From Candidatus Parcubacteria bacterium (GTDB lineage Bacteria; Patescibacteriota; Patescibacteriia; UBA1558; GWA2-36-10), in the NCBI GenBank assembly GCA_018669975.1, contig JABHSK010000005.1, positions 121,132-185,131 on the forward strand: a DNA stretch of 64,000 nucleotides, read 5' to 3'. Position 1 is the stretch's first letter. Every line of letters begins with the position of its first letter. The position numbers were made by a program, and so were the translations under genes. Positions 27,767 through 38,456 of this stretch are shown here, in pieces. The notes below the pieces were generated by a model that saw only the letters and a list, made by a program, of their open reading frames with translations, was not told the origin of the DNA and made no database searches.

Positions 27767-30001
27767 ATGATAGCCAAAGCCGAACAAAAATTACTGCTAG
27801 CCAATAAGGTTGTCATTGGTTTGATACTACTGACACCACTAATAGTACATAAATTGTTTGTTAATCCTTTTGAAGTGCCCAAGATTTTGTGGTTTAGAAT
27901 TTTAGTAGAGCTATTATTAGTCTTGTATGTTTTATTGTTGGCACAGAACAAGAAATATAAATTAAACTTTCGACATCCTTTAGTAATTAGCGTTCTAGCT
28001 TTTGTAGTAGCCTTATTCCTCAGTGGTATTTTTGGTGTGCAGTGGACTCGTAGTTGGTGGGGGACACTATCACGTAGTAGCGGACTTTTTAATTGGCTGC
28101 ATATACTAGCTTTCTTTTTGATAACCATCTCTATACTAAAAGAAAAAAAAGATTGGTTGCAATTTTGGAAATTTTTTAGCAGCGTTAGTCTATTGGTTTC
28201 TGTTTACGCAATTTTTCAGAAGATAGGCTGGAATGTATATGAGTCAGGTGTTTTTAGGTTGACTGGTACCATTGGTAATGCGGCTATGTTGGCTGGTTAT
28301 TTATTATTTGGTCTATTTGGCTTTGTTTATCTATTGATTAATTCCAAGAATAATTGGTTGCGTTGGTATTATTTATTTGGTGCAATTTTTAATACTATTA
28401 TTATATTTTTGTCTCAGACTCGTAGTGCTATGATTGGCCTGACGGCAGCAGTTTTATTTGCTCTGGTATTCCTGTCTTTTGGTAAAAATGTGACTAAGCA
28501 AGCCAAAAATTGGCTCAGAATAGCCCTTATTTTGTTAGTTTTGATAGTCGGTGGCTTGTTTGCTGCCAAAGATACAGAACTAGTCAAAAGCAATTATTTA
28601 TTGAGTAGATTTACCGATATTAGAATAGACGATACCACCTTGCAGACTCGTTTTTATTCTTGGCGCGGAGGCTTGGAAGCCTGGCAGGACAAGCCTATTT
28701 TTGGTTGGGGTGAAGCTAATTTTAATATTGCTTACAACAACTATTTTGAAGCTAGTTTTTATGACTATGTTAAGGGTGAGACCTGGTTTGATAAAGCTCA
28801 CAATAACCCAGTTGAATATTTGACGGTCAGTGGCGTAATCGGTTTGGTCACCTATCTGGCTATTTTTGTAATTTTAGTTTTGACTATTATCAAATTAAGG
28901 AAAAGAGATCGAATATCTTATATAGAAACGATTTTATTTTTGAGTTTGCTAATAGCTTACTTTATTCATAACTTGATTGTATTTGATTCTATTAGTACCT
29001 TGATTAGCTTTATGCTGTTTATTGGTCTAGTCTATGGATTGAGTCATCGACAAGATGAAGTGGAACCAAAGCAAGCTCAGTTGAAATTTGCTTTAGTTTA
29101 TATTATTGCTGCTGTGTTGATATTTTTATTTGTAAATATTCGTATTAATATTCCAGTTTGGCAATCTACTATGGAATCTCGAAATGTTATGCAATTGATG
29201 CAAGACAGAGATTATAACAACAATGAGTTATACAGTGATTTGCAAAGTAGTATTGATAGAGACCTACCTTGGGATTGGGAGTTGATTGATAATTACACCA
29301 AGCCAATGATGGATTTAATTAGGGATGAACGTATTCACACTAGCATTGATACAGTTGAGAGTACTTTAGAGGTTATGGCTAATCGTATAGAAGAGATAGA
29401 TCAACCTGAGCTTTTGGATGCCAAGATCTACGCTCGCTTTGCTAGAGTTTATACTTTATTATTAGAACTAAATCCTAACGATCCATATTATTCAGAACGA
29501 GCACAGCATTATTTGAATCGTAGTTTAGAATTGAGTGCCGAGAGAATTCCAACTATGTATATTTTGGCACAGGTACACGCTTTCCTGGGAGAGCAGGAAG
29601 AGGCAGTGGTTGTTTTGGATCAAGCTCGTGATCTTAATGACGAAATACCGCAAACCTATTGGTCATATGCTTTGATTTATAGTGCTCAGGAAGATCAAGG
29701 GGAGTTAGTTGTAGCCAATGTAAAAAAAGCCGTTGATTATGGTTTTGAGTTTACGGATATCAATGATGTAGCTAGTGTTTTACCTGTGTTCCAGGCTGAA
29801 AAAGACTATAAAACCCTAGAATATCTATACGTAGAAGCTATTCGTCTAGATTCAAAAAACCCGCAATGGTATGCGAGTTTAGCGGCTATTTATCAAGAGT
29901 TTGGTGATAAACAAAAAGCCATTGAAACAGTTAATAGGATATTAGAAATAGATTCTGCTTATTTTGAGCAGGTCCAGGAGTTTATAAATTCTTTAGAATA
30001 A
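27767..30001 (+). CDS. O-antigen ligase (Wzy_C)-like polytopic membrane protein fused to a C-terminal TPR domain
   Basis: About 12 TM helices with a large loop region, then about 300 aa of TPR repeats. It is a paralog of the gene at 59900-62089. Confidence 0.65.
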   Translation: MIAKAEQKLLLANKVVIGLILLTPLIVHKLFVNPFEVPKILWFRILVELLLVLYVLLLAQNKKYKLNFRHPLVISVLAFVVALFLSGIFGVQWTRSWWGTLSRSSGLFNWLHILAFFLITISILKEKKDWLQFWKFFSSVSLLVSVYAIFQKIGWNVYESGVFRLTGTIGNAAMLAGYLLFGLFGFVYLLINSKNNWLRWYYLFGAIFNTIIIFLSQTRSAMIGLTAAVLFALVFLSFGKNVTKQAKNWLRIALILLVLIVGGLFAAKDTELVKSNYLLSRFTDIRIDDTTLQTRFYSWRGGLEAWQDKPIFGWGEANFNIAYNNYFEASFYDYVKGETWFDKAHNNPVEYLTVSGVIGLVTYLAIFVILVLTIIKLRKRDRISYIETILFLSLLIAYFIHNLIVFDSISTLISFMLFIGLVYGLSHRQDEVEPKQAQLKFALVYIIAAVLIFLFVNIRINIPVWQSTMESRNVMQLMQDRDYNNNELYSDLQSSIDRDLPWDWELIDNYTKPMMDLIRDERIHTSIDTVESTLEVMANRIEEIDQPELLDAKIYARFARVYTLLLELNPNDPYYSERAQHYLNRSLELSAERIPTMYILAQVHAFLGEQEEAVVVLDQARDLNDEIPQTYWSYALIYSAQEDQGELVVANVKKAVDYGFEFTDINDVASVLPVFQAEKDYKTLEYLYVEAIRLDSKNPQWYASLAAIYQEFGDKQKAIETVNRILEIDSAYFEQVQEFINSLE

Positions 30002-31183
30002 TTTTAGATATAAATCTTCAGTCTCTTTGAGGGTCTTGCTCAGGCTGAAGTTTTCTTTTACATTTTTGTAATTGTTGTCTGCTAGTTGATTAGCTAAGTT
30101 TTGGTCTTTGCTTAGTCTACGCATAGCATTTACCAAAGACACAGGATTAGCTGGCGTAGTTAATAGGCCGGTTTTTTCGTTGCTTAAAACTTCGGGAATG
30201 CCACCTACTTTACTGGCGATGATTGGAATCTTGGCTAGTCCAGCTTCTAGGATAGTGTAAGGCAACCCTTCTTTAACAGAAGGTAGTATAAAATAATCAA
30301 AAGCTTGAAGGTATTTCCAATCGTTATCTTTTGGCTTAATGATTTTTATCAAATCTTCCAGTTGATATTTTTCAATCAACTTTTTAATATCAAACAACTC
30401 TATACCCTCACCAATTAAAAGCCACTGATGATTTCTTACCAATAAAGATTTGTTTTCTCTGAGCTGCTTGATAGCCTCTATTAAATATTGATGTCCTTTG
30501 GTATTGTAAAAACTAGCAATAGTGCCAAAATATTTTTTATTATTTGATAAGTCTAGTTTTTGTCTAGCGGTTTGACGATCATAAAAATCGTAGTCTTCAG
30601 CATTAATACCATTATGAACAGAAAATATTTTGCGGGGATCACAGATATTGTTGTCTAAAGCACTTTGTCTATCAAAATCAGAAACAGCAATTATTAAACT
30701 CTGTAGAGAAGTAGAAAATTGTTCGGAAAATTTATAAAGTTTTCGTTGTACTTTTGATCCCGGTTCATTAAAAACAAAACCGTGAGCAGTATAGACGACG
30801 CGAGGTTTTATATTCATAGGATTAAGAGAGAACATCATAGCACCTAAAGTTCCTAATAATCCAACTTTAGAACTATTTAGATGTATTAAATCATAACTTT
30901 CTTTGCTTAATAATCCACTGACACTGGCGATGGCAGAAAAATCTTTTATGATTTCGATATTGCGTACTAGCTTGGGCAGGGGAATAGTCTTTACTTTTAG
31001 CTCTTTGCAAGAGTCTATAAATTTTTGATTTTGCTTGTTTACTTCTCCAAAAGCTATATGTACTTCGTTGTGCTTTTTGAGATATTTTGCTAATTCCAAT
31101 ACATACTTTTGTGCTCCACCCCACTTAGTTTGAGTGACCAGGAGTAGTATTTTTTTGCCTTTTAGTTGTTTTTTATTTGTCAT
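29993..31183 (-). CDS. Glycosyltransferase family 4 (GT-B)
   Basis: The EGLPYTILEAGLAKIPIIASKVGGIPEV motif is the GT4 EX7E region. Confidence 0.8.
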   Translation of the reverse strand: MTNKKQLKGKKILLLVTQTKWGGAQKYVLELAKYLKKHNEVHIAFGEVNKQNQKFIDSCKELKVKTIPLPKLVRNIEIIKDFSAIASVSGLLSKESYDLIHLNSSKVGLLGTLGAMMFSLNPMNIKPRVVYTAHGFVFNEPGSKVQRKLYKFSEQFSTSLQSLIIAVSDFDRQSALDNNICDPRKIFSVHNGINAEDYDFYDRQTARQKLDLSNNKKYFGTIASFYNTKGHQYLIEAIKQLRENKSLLVRNHQWLLIGEGIELFDIKKLIEKYQLEDLIKIIKPKDNDWKYLQAFDYFILPSVKEGLPYTILEAGLAKIPIIASKVGGIPEVLSNEKTGLLTTPANPVSLVNAMRRLSKDQNLANQLADNNYKNVKENFSLSKTLKETEDLYLKLF

Positions 31184-31286
31184 ATTGGGGGTTTTTTACC
31201 TAAAATTAGCCAAATTGTTAATTGATTTATTTTGTAAATACTGGTATAATTTTATAGAATTTATAAATATTAAGCAAGTAGTAGAT

Positions 31287-32444
31287 ATGAAAAAAATAGT
31301 TATTTTTTCTATAGCCTACCATCCTTTCGTGGGTGGTGCAGAAGTGGCTATCAAAGAGATTACTGATCGTTTACCAGACTATGAATATTATTTGATTACT
31401 AACAAATTTAATGCTGAGTGGCCGGACGAAGAAAAAATTGGCAATATCAATGTTCGACGTCTTGGTAAAGGTAAAAAGTGGGATAAATATTTATATCCCT
31501 TTCGAGCTATTCTTTACACCATGAACTTGCACAAAGTAGTAAAGTTTGATTTTGCTTGGAGTATGATGGCTTTTTATGGAGGTCTTGCAGCCCTGTTTCT
31601 AAAATACAAGACAAAGATTCCATACCTGCTGACTTTGCAGAGCGGGGACAGCGATGAATTTTTACGTAAGCGAACTTGGTTTTGGAGCTATTGGTATAAA
31701 AGAATTTATCGTGAACCAAATATTACTCAGGCAATTAGTAAATTTTTGGCTAAACGTTCTCGTAAGATGGGAAACAGAGGTGAGATTGTCCTCATACCCA
31801 ACGGCGTTGATCTAGCAGTTTTTAAAGCTGGTATATCTGAGGAAGCCAAACAGTCAGTCCGTAAAGAATTAAACATTGCCGATGACGAAAAAATATTTAT
31901 CACTACTTCTAGGCTAGCTCTCAAAAATGGTATTGATGATTTGATCAAGTCTATGAATTTCTTGATTTATAAGAGCGGCATTAAAATAAAATTGCTTATT
32001 CTTGGATCTGGTCCTGACGAAGAAAAACTTAAAGCATTAGCTGAAGAGATGAGAGTAAAGGAGCAGATCTTATTTTTAGGACACCGAGATTACAAAGATT
32101 TACCCAAGTATGTAGAGACTGCTGATATTTTTTGCCGACCATCTTTGTCAGAAGGATTAGGTAATTCATTTTTAGAGTCAATGGCAGTTAATACTCCAAT
32201 TATTGGTACAGAGGTCGGTGGAATTCCTGATTTTCTTCATGATGGTGAGACTGGTTTGTTTTGTAAAGTTAGAAACCCAGTTAGCATTGCCCAGGCTGTA
32301 GAGCGTTATGTAAAAGACAAAGAGCTTTATAAAAAGATTCAAGATGCTGGCAGAGAACTAGTACTTGAGAAATATTCTTGGGATTCTGTAGCCAAACAGA
32401 TGAATCAGGTTTTTCAAGAGGTAGACACTAAGAAGGAAAAATAA
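31287..32444 (+). CDS. Glycosyltransferase family 4
   Basis: EGLGNSFLESMAVNTPIIGTEVGGIPD motif. The start was moved to the internal ATG (MKKIVIFS…), because the ORF-track N-terminal extension overlaps the divergent upstream gene. Confidence 0.8.
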   Translation: MKKIVIFSIAYHPFVGGAEVAIKEITDRLPDYEYYLITNKFNAEWPDEEKIGNINVRRLGKGKKWDKYLYPFRAILYTMNLHKVVKFDFAWSMMAFYGGLAALFLKYKTKIPYLLTLQSGDSDEFLRKRTWFWSYWYKRIYREPNITQAISKFLAKRSRKMGNRGEIVLIPNGVDLAVFKAGISEEAKQSVRKELNIADDEKIFITTSRLALKNGIDDLIKSMNFLIYKSGIKIKLLILGSGPDEEKLKALAEEMRVKEQILFLGHRDYKDLPKYVETADIFCRPSLSEGLGNSFLESMAVNTPIIGTEVGGIPDFLHDGETGLFCKVRNPVSIAQAVERYVKDKELYKKIQDAGRELVLEKYSWDSVAKQMNQVFQEVDTKKEK

Positions 32445-32459
32445 TTTTATTAGGCAGCT

Positions 32460-33491
32460 ATGAAAATATTAATCTTAACTCAAAAAGTTGATTATAATGA
32501 CGGAGTGCTAGGGTTTTTTCATAATTGGCTTAAAAAGTTAGCAGAGCGCTTTGAATATATTACTGTTATTTGTTTGGAAAAAGGCGATTGTGATTTACCA
32601 GCTAATGTTGAAGTCTTATCTCTAGGTAAAGAATCTGGCAATGGTCGTTTTACTTATATGCGTTTGTTTTATAAATATATTTTGCAAACCAAAAAGAATT
32701 ACGATGCAGTTTTAGTACACATGAACCCAGAATATGTAGTTTTAGGGGCTTGGCTATGGAAACTATGGGGTAAAAAGATTGCCTTGTGGTACAACCATTC
32801 TTATGGTGACACTAAAGCCACAGCAGCTATTAATTTAGCTCATAAAGTATTTTTTACATCACCCTATGCTTTTGCGACCGGTTTTGAAAAGGCTCAGGCC
32901 ATGCCAGTTGGTATTGATACTGAGCAGTTCAATCCGCAGGACATTAAGAGTGCATCGAGTAGTTTTAAAATTTTAAGCATTGGGCGCATTTCACCAGTAA
33001 AGAATGTTGACACTTTAATTAAGGCAGCGCATATTTTAGAGCAAGATAAATTTGATTTTGTAGTTCATATATATGGTGATGCACCTAGTCGAGATAAAAT
33101 GTATTTTAATACCGTTAAAGAGTCAGCGTCAGATTTAATTAAAAAGGGTAGAGTAGTTTTTCATAAGGGTATAGCTAACATTAAGACACCAGGTGTTTAT
33201 AATCAGCATGATCTATTTGTCAATCTAACGCCAAGCGGTAGTTTTGATAAGACTATTTTAGAATCTATGTCTTGCAAAGTGCCAATTTTAATTTGTAATA
33301 AGTCCCTAGGCAATTTTTTATCAAATGATTTTTTGTTTGAAGAAAACGACACTAAAGATTTGGTTAGGAAAATAAAACATTTAGCTGGAAAAGATTTGCA
33401 GAGCCAGCAAGACAATTTTAGAAAATATGTTATTGAGAAACATAGCCTCAGGGCTTTAATAGAGAAATTTTATCAGGCTTTTAAAAAATAA
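32460..33491 (+). CDS. Glycosyltransferase (GT4-like)
   Basis: GT-B C-terminal domain with …FDKTILESMSCKVPIL…. Confidence 0.6.
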   Translation: MKILILTQKVDYNDGVLGFFHNWLKKLAERFEYITVICLEKGDCDLPANVEVLSLGKESGNGRFTYMRLFYKYILQTKKNYDAVLVHMNPEYVVLGAWLWKLWGKKIALWYNHSYGDTKATAAINLAHKVFFTSPYAFATGFEKAQAMPVGIDTEQFNPQDIKSASSSFKILSIGRISPVKNVDTLIKAAHILEQDKFDFVVHIYGDAPSRDKMYFNTVKESASDLIKKGRVVFHKGIANIKTPGVYNQHDLFVNLTPSGSFDKTILESMSCKVPILICNKSLGNFLSNDFLFEENDTKDLVRKIKHLAGKDLQSQQDNFRKYVIEKHSLRALIEKFYQAFKK

Positions 33492-33494
33492 ATC

Positions 33495-34625
33495 ATGGCC
33501 AAAGATTTTAAAAAAATAGTTTTAGCAACTGGTATTGTGCCTCCGGACATAGGAGGTCCAGCTACCTATGTGACAAAATTAGGTCAGCAATTTGTGAAAT
33601 TTGGCTATCGAGTCAAAGTGATTAGCTATGGTGATAAAGAATCAGAGATTGATGAAATACTAAGTGTACATAGGATTAGTCGTAAAACAAATGCGCTAAG
33701 TCGCTATTGGCGATATTTTCAACAAGTAAGAAAGCTGGCCAAGTGGGGAGATGTTATCTATGCACAAGATTTGATTAGTGTTGGTTTACCGTGTGCTCTA
33801 GTTAAGGTGTTCAATCCAAAAATAAAAATTATAGTCAGATTGGGCGGAGATTTTTTATGGGAGAAGGCTTACAACAGTGGTTGGAGTAATCAGACTTTGA
33901 GTCAATACCATAGCCAGCCAAAAAATTTCAAAGAAAAAATATATTTAATAATTTATAAATTTTCTTTATCTAAGTTTGATCAGGTTATATTTTCTACTAA
34001 ATGGCAACAGGATATTTATGCTCAATATTTTCCAATAACAAAAAGTAAATCAGTGGTTATTAATAATGCCTTTCCCGAAGATTTGCAAGTGCCAGAAGTT
34101 AGTCAGACAGACAATGCTAGTATTTTATTTGCTGGTCGTTTGATAAAGTTAAAAAACTTAACCAGGGTAATAGAGGCTATTAAGGATATAGCTAATACAA
34201 AAATGACTATTGTTGGTAGTGGTCCAGAAAAAAAATACCTGTTGGAGCTGATTAAAAAACTAAACATGGGGAATAGGGTGCACTTTAAGAATCGTATGCC
34301 TCTGACAGAGTTAGCTAAAGAAATTTCCAGAAGTCATTTTACTATTGTGCCATCCATATCTGAAGTTAGTCCTAATATAGCCCTAGAGTCTATTAGGTTA
34401 AATAAGCCAGTGTTGTTGACCAAGGAATCTGGGTTTTATCCAGAATTTAAAGATAAATTAATGTTTATTGACCCATTAGATGTTGGTGATATTCAAAATA
34501 AAATTGTTACCTTATTTGATGAGGATAAATATAATAAGTATTTAGCTGTTGTTAAAGCAATAGATTCTAGTCGTGGTTGGCATAACCTAGCTGATGAACA
34601 TATTGATTTATTTAAAAAAGTTTAA
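33495..34625 (+). CDS. Glycosyltransferase family 4-like
   Basis: GT-B architecture with …SPNIALESIRLNKPVLLTK…. Confidence 0.65.
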   Translation: MAKDFKKIVLATGIVPPDIGGPATYVTKLGQQFVKFGYRVKVISYGDKESEIDEILSVHRISRKTNALSRYWRYFQQVRKLAKWGDVIYAQDLISVGLPCALVKVFNPKIKIIVRLGGDFLWEKAYNSGWSNQTLSQYHSQPKNFKEKIYLIIYKFSLSKFDQVIFSTKWQQDIYAQYFPITKSKSVVINNAFPEDLQVPEVSQTDNASILFAGRLIKLKNLTRVIEAIKDIANTKMTIVGSGPEKKYLLELIKKLNMGNRVHFKNRMPLTELAKEISRSHFTIVPSISEVSPNIALESIRLNKPVLLTKESGFYPEFKDKLMFIDPLDVGDIQNKIVTLFDEDKYNKYLAVVKAIDSSRGWHNLADEHIDLFKKV

Positions 34626-34627
34626 TA

Positions 34628-35701
34628 ATGAAAATTTTAGGACTTGGTTTAGACCAAACAATTTTAGATAAAAATTCAGCCTTAGCTCAACGAGCTAGGG
34701 AGTATAGTGATTTGGTAGAAAAATATGTAGTAATCGTACCAGCACAGTCAAATCAAAAAGTAGTTTTGTCCGACAAGGTTATGGTTTACGGAGTTAAAGC
34801 TAGTAATAAAATTTTTACACTCCTGGCCATTTGTAAGTTAGGTAGAAAAATTTTAAAGGGAGACAAGTTTGATGTCATCACTGCACAGGATCAATATTTT
34901 CTTGCTTGGGTTGCTTATCGTTTGGCTAGACAATTTAAGAATGGTTTAGAGATTCAGGTGCATGGTTTTGAAAAATTTTATGGTTTAAGAAAAATAATTG
35001 CTAAGTTTGTTTTGCCACGAGCCAATGTAGTGCGGGTAGTTAGTCAAAGATTAAAAAAACAATTGATAAAAGATTTTAGCGTAAAAGAAAATAACATAGT
35101 AGTAGTGCCCATTTATGTAGATACTAGTCATAATTTATCAAAAATAGACAGACAGGATGATAAATTTATTTTTATGACAGCTAGTCGCTTGGTGCCCGTA
35201 AAAAACATTGGTATGCAAATTGATGCTATGAATAAATTATCCAAAGAACACGATAATGTTGAGTTGCAGATTTTTGGGCAAGGTCCTGTGGAAGGTGAGT
35301 TAAGAGCTAAAGTTAAGTTATTAAAACTAGAAGATAAAGTTATATTTAAGGGTTGGGTTGATAATTTAGAAAAATATTATCAGCAAGCAGATGTTTTTGT
35401 GTTGAGCTCAAACGCGGAAGGTTGGGGCATGGTAATCGTTAAAGCAGCTAGTATTGGTTTGCCGATTATTATGACTGATGTTGGGTGTGCTGGAGAAGTC
35501 ATTAAAGATCAGGAGAGTGGATTGGTGGTGCCGGTTGGAGATACCGAGGTTTTATATCAAGCCATGAAAAATATAATTACCGATAATGACTTACGTAATA
35601 AGATAACAGAAGGGGGTAGACAAGCAGTTCAACAGTTACTAAATAAAGATCAAACCCTAGATTTATATAAGCAGAGTTGGAAGCAAACAATAAACGAATG
35701 A
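34628..35701 (+). CDS. Glycosyltransferase family 4
   Basis: EGWGMVIVKAASIGLPIIMTDVGCAGEVI motif. Confidence 0.8.
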   Translation: MKILGLGLDQTILDKNSALAQRAREYSDLVEKYVVIVPAQSNQKVVLSDKVMVYGVKASNKIFTLLAICKLGRKILKGDKFDVITAQDQYFLAWVAYRLARQFKNGLEIQVHGFEKFYGLRKIIAKFVLPRANVVRVVSQRLKKQLIKDFSVKENNIVVVPIYVDTSHNLSKIDRQDDKFIFMTASRLVPVKNIGMQIDAMNKLSKEHDNVELQIFGQGPVEGELRAKVKLLKLEDKVIFKGWVDNLEKYYQQADVFVLSSNAEGWGMVIVKAASIGLPIIMTDVGCAGEVIKDQESGLVVPVGDTEVLYQAMKNIITDNDLRNKITEGGRQAVQQLLNKDQTLDLYKQSWKQTINE

Positions 35702-36792
35702 AGAAAATACTTTTTATAACTAATTCATCATTAGATAATCCTAGGCGTGGCACACCATTGCGTATGCTTAGTGTAGCTAGGCAAATTGCCAAAGAGCATA
35801 AACTTGTTATTTGTACCAAAGATATCGCTGATGATGTTAAAGCTGAATTTGTAGCCTATCCAAAAGGTAATGCTATGCAACGTTTTTTATTTTTTAAAAA
35901 ACTTATCAAGAAACATAAAGTAGATATTGTTTTAGCACACACAGAAATGGAAGTACGTATGCCAGTATTTTTAAAGTTGTTTACCGGAGTTAAAATTGTT
36001 TTGGATATGCATGGTTTGTATGCAGAGGAGATGTACTATCATGGTTTGATGAATAATAGAAAAAGATGGCTGGTAGACAAGGTGGTCAGATTTTTTCTTA
36101 GGTTCTACAACATGCTTTTTATTTGTAATCTAAAACACAAACAATATTATTCACACGTAGCTAACAAGATGAGGTTAGTTTATAATGGTGTGGAAAGTAA
36201 ATTTTTAGAAGTTCAGAGTAATCAAGAGCCAGAAGTATTTACCATCGGCTATGCTGGTAACCTTAAACCATATCAAGGTTTTGATTATTTATTAACAGCT
36301 CTAGCGGAGATAAAAAAGAAAAAGCTATTTGATTTTAGATTAAATTTTGTGTTGAGCAGTGGTACCACGCATATAGAGGGCATGCTTAAGGAACATAATT
36401 TATTGGACAATGCGGATTTACATTTTAAAGTGCCACATGGAGAGGTAAGTAAGATAATTACTAAGTCTAGTGTTTTGGTAGTGCCACGTCCGAGTTTAAA
36501 AATGACCGAGTATGCCTACCCATCTAAACTACCTAGTGATTTACTGACTGGTATTCCCACTATAACAACTAACGTTGGCCCGATTGAACAGTTGTTTAAG
36601 CCAGCTGATTGTTGTGTAGTTATTGCTACAGATGATATAGCTAAAAATTTGGAGCAAGCTTTGGTCAAGGTGCATGGTATGAATAGTCAGGATAGACGAG
36701 ATTTGGGTCAAAGAGCGGTTAATTTTGTAAAAACTACTCTTAGCTGGGATATTTTAGGTAAAGATATTAATAAATACTTAGGTGAGCTATAG
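35677..36792 (+). CDS. Glycosyltransferase (GT4-like)
   Basis: GT-B-like fold with a weaker motif (…LTGIPTITTNVGPIEQL…). Confidence 0.55.
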   Translation: MEANNKRMKKILFITNSSLDNPRRGTPLRMLSVARQIAKEHKLVICTKDIADDVKAEFVAYPKGNAMQRFLFFKKLIKKHKVDIVLAHTEMEVRMPVFLKLFTGVKIVLDMHGLYAEEMYYHGLMNNRKRWLVDKVVRFFLRFYNMLFICNLKHKQYYSHVANKMRLVYNGVESKFLEVQSNQEPEVFTIGYAGNLKPYQGFDYLLTALAEIKKKKLFDFRLNFVLSSGTTHIEGMLKEHNLLDNADLHFKVPHGEVSKIITKSSVLVVPRPSLKMTEYAYPSKLPSDLLTGIPTITTNVGPIEQLFKPADCCVVIATDDIAKNLEQALVKVHGMNSQDRRDLGQRAVNFVKTTLSWDILGKDINKYLGEL

Positions 36793-36853
36793 TTGACTTT
36801 GTATAGTAAAACTAGTATTATTTTTAAATTAAGAATTAAGTAATAAATTATTT

Positions 36854-37438
36854 ATGCCAAAGGAAGATTGGGCTAAAAATACAGTTAAAAATATATTTAC
36901 TGAAGCTGGATTGTGGCCATGGAAAGAGGGGGAAATTGTATCTATTTTAGATGTAGCCTGCGGCTTATCACTCAAGTCAAAGTTTATCCCAGCTCAAATC
37001 AGAGTAGGGGTGGATATTTATGAAAAATATTTTGATCACATAGAAACAGATGTTCCCTATGTAGTAATGAAGTATGATGTCAGAAAATTAGACGAAATTT
37101 TTTTACCCAATAGTTTTGATATAGTATTAGCATTAGATATTATTGAACACATAGAAAAAGATGAGGCTCAGAGCCTAATCAAGCAATGTGAAAAAATTGC
37201 TAGGAAGGGTGTTATTTTAGAAACACCAAATGGATTGGTTGAACAAAACTTAGACATCACTGGACACGGTGGTCATGAATTTCAGACTCATCGTTGTTCC
37301 TGGACAGATAAAGAATTACAAGGCATGGGATATAAAACAGTGGTTAGAGATTATCAGATGGCGGACATTAAACGTCATACTGACAAAGAAGTTGATACCC
37401 ATATACAATTAATAGATGCAATAAAATTGATTAAATAA
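36854..37438 (+). CDS. Class I SAM-dependent methyltransferase (small)
   Basis: Motif I is ILDVACGLSLKS. Motif II/III is VLALDIIEHI. Confidence 0.6.
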   Translation: MPKEDWAKNTVKNIFTEAGLWPWKEGEIVSILDVACGLSLKSKFIPAQIRVGVDIYEKYFDHIETDVPYVVMKYDVRKLDEIFLPNSFDIVLALDIIEHIEKDEAQSLIKQCEKIARKGVILETPNGLVEQNLDITGHGGHEFQTHRCSWTDKELQGMGYKTVVRDYQMADIKRHTDKEVDTHIQLIDAIKLIK

Positions 37439-37443
37439 AACAT

Positions 37444-38400
37444 ATGGCAAAAATATTGATTACAGGCAGCAAAGGAGTAGTCGGTTCATGGCTAGAGAAG
37501 ATGCTCAAAGACAAAGGACATGAAGTCTTTGGTATTGATTTATATCATGCAGTTGGTGAAAAAGGCTGGGAACATGAAATGTCTCGTGGTGATTGGCACT
37601 ATGCTCGTTGTGATATTGGTAATTTTAGACAGATAGAAAGAATTTTTAGATTAGCTGGCCCTTTTGATTATGTTTATAATGCAGCAGCTGAATTTGGTAG
37701 ATGGAATGGCGAGGATTATTATGAGAAAGTTTGGCAATCAAATGCCATTGGTACCAAAAATATTATCAAATTACAAGAGCAGCTTGGATTTCGCTTGATT
37801 CATTTTTCTTCATCAGAAGTTTATGGTGATTATGATGATGTTATGCATGAAGATGTTATGAATAAAGTAGTAATTAGGCAGATGAATGATTATGCCATGA
37901 GTAAATGGGTTAATGAGACGCAGGTTAGAAATTCTATTATTCAACACGGCACAGAGACGGTTGTGGTTAGATTGTTTAATACCTATGGGCCAGGTGAGTG
38001 GTACCATCCGTATAGGAGTGTTAATTGTAAATTTTGTTATCATGCTTTACATAAAATGCCAGTGGTAGTTTATAAAGGACATTATCGTACCTCTACCTAT
38101 CTAGAAGACACTTGTCGCACTTTGTCTAATATTGTTGATAATTTTATGCCGGGTGAAATTTATAATATCGGTGGTCTAGAATATCATGACATTGAAACTT
38201 TGGTAGATACTATTTGGAAAGTGACAGGAGCAGATAGAAAATTAATTGATTATAAAGAATCTGAAATTTTAACTACCAAGAGCAAGAAAGTAGACGTGCA
38301 GAAAGCAGTTGATCAATTAGATCACAAACTAACAGTGAAGTTGGATGATGGGGTTAAAGCTACGATAGACTGGATGAAAGATTACTATAAAATAAAATAA
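37444..38400 (+). CDS. NAD-dependent epimerase/dehydratase (extended SDR)
   Basis: The Rossmann motif is ILITGSKGVVGSW. The YAMSK sequence supplies the catalytic YxxxK. Confidence 0.8.
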   Translation: MAKILITGSKGVVGSWLEKMLKDKGHEVFGIDLYHAVGEKGWEHEMSRGDWHYARCDIGNFRQIERIFRLAGPFDYVYNAAAEFGRWNGEDYYEKVWQSNAIGTKNIIKLQEQLGFRLIHFSSSEVYGDYDDVMHEDVMNKVVIRQMNDYAMSKWVNETQVRNSIIQHGTETVVVRLFNTYGPGEWYHPYRSVNCKFCYHALHKMPVVVYKGHYRTSTYLEDTCRTLSNIVDNFMPGEIYNIGGLEYHDIETLVDTIWKVTGADRKLIDYKESEILTTKSKKVDVQKAVDQLDHKLTVKLDDGVKATIDWMKDYYKIK

Positions 38401-38408
38401 GACAAATA

Positions 38409-38447
38409 AAATTCCCCGTCGAGTTTAACTCGACGGGGTTTTTGTTT
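38409..38447. terminator. Bidirectional intrinsic terminator with an 11-bp stem (ccccgtcgagt-tta-actcgacgggg)
   Basis: Perfect inverted repeat flanked by aaaatt and tttttgtttt. It separates two convergent genes. Confidence 0.6.
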
Positions 38448-38456
38448 TGGCAGTGA

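Noticed and set aside
31134-31286. 51-codon N-terminal extension of the GT4 gene as given in the ORF track
   Set aside because: It overlaps the divergent upstream gene and the promoter region, and it is hydrophobic junk. The conserved GT4 N-terminus begins at the internal ATG at 31287.
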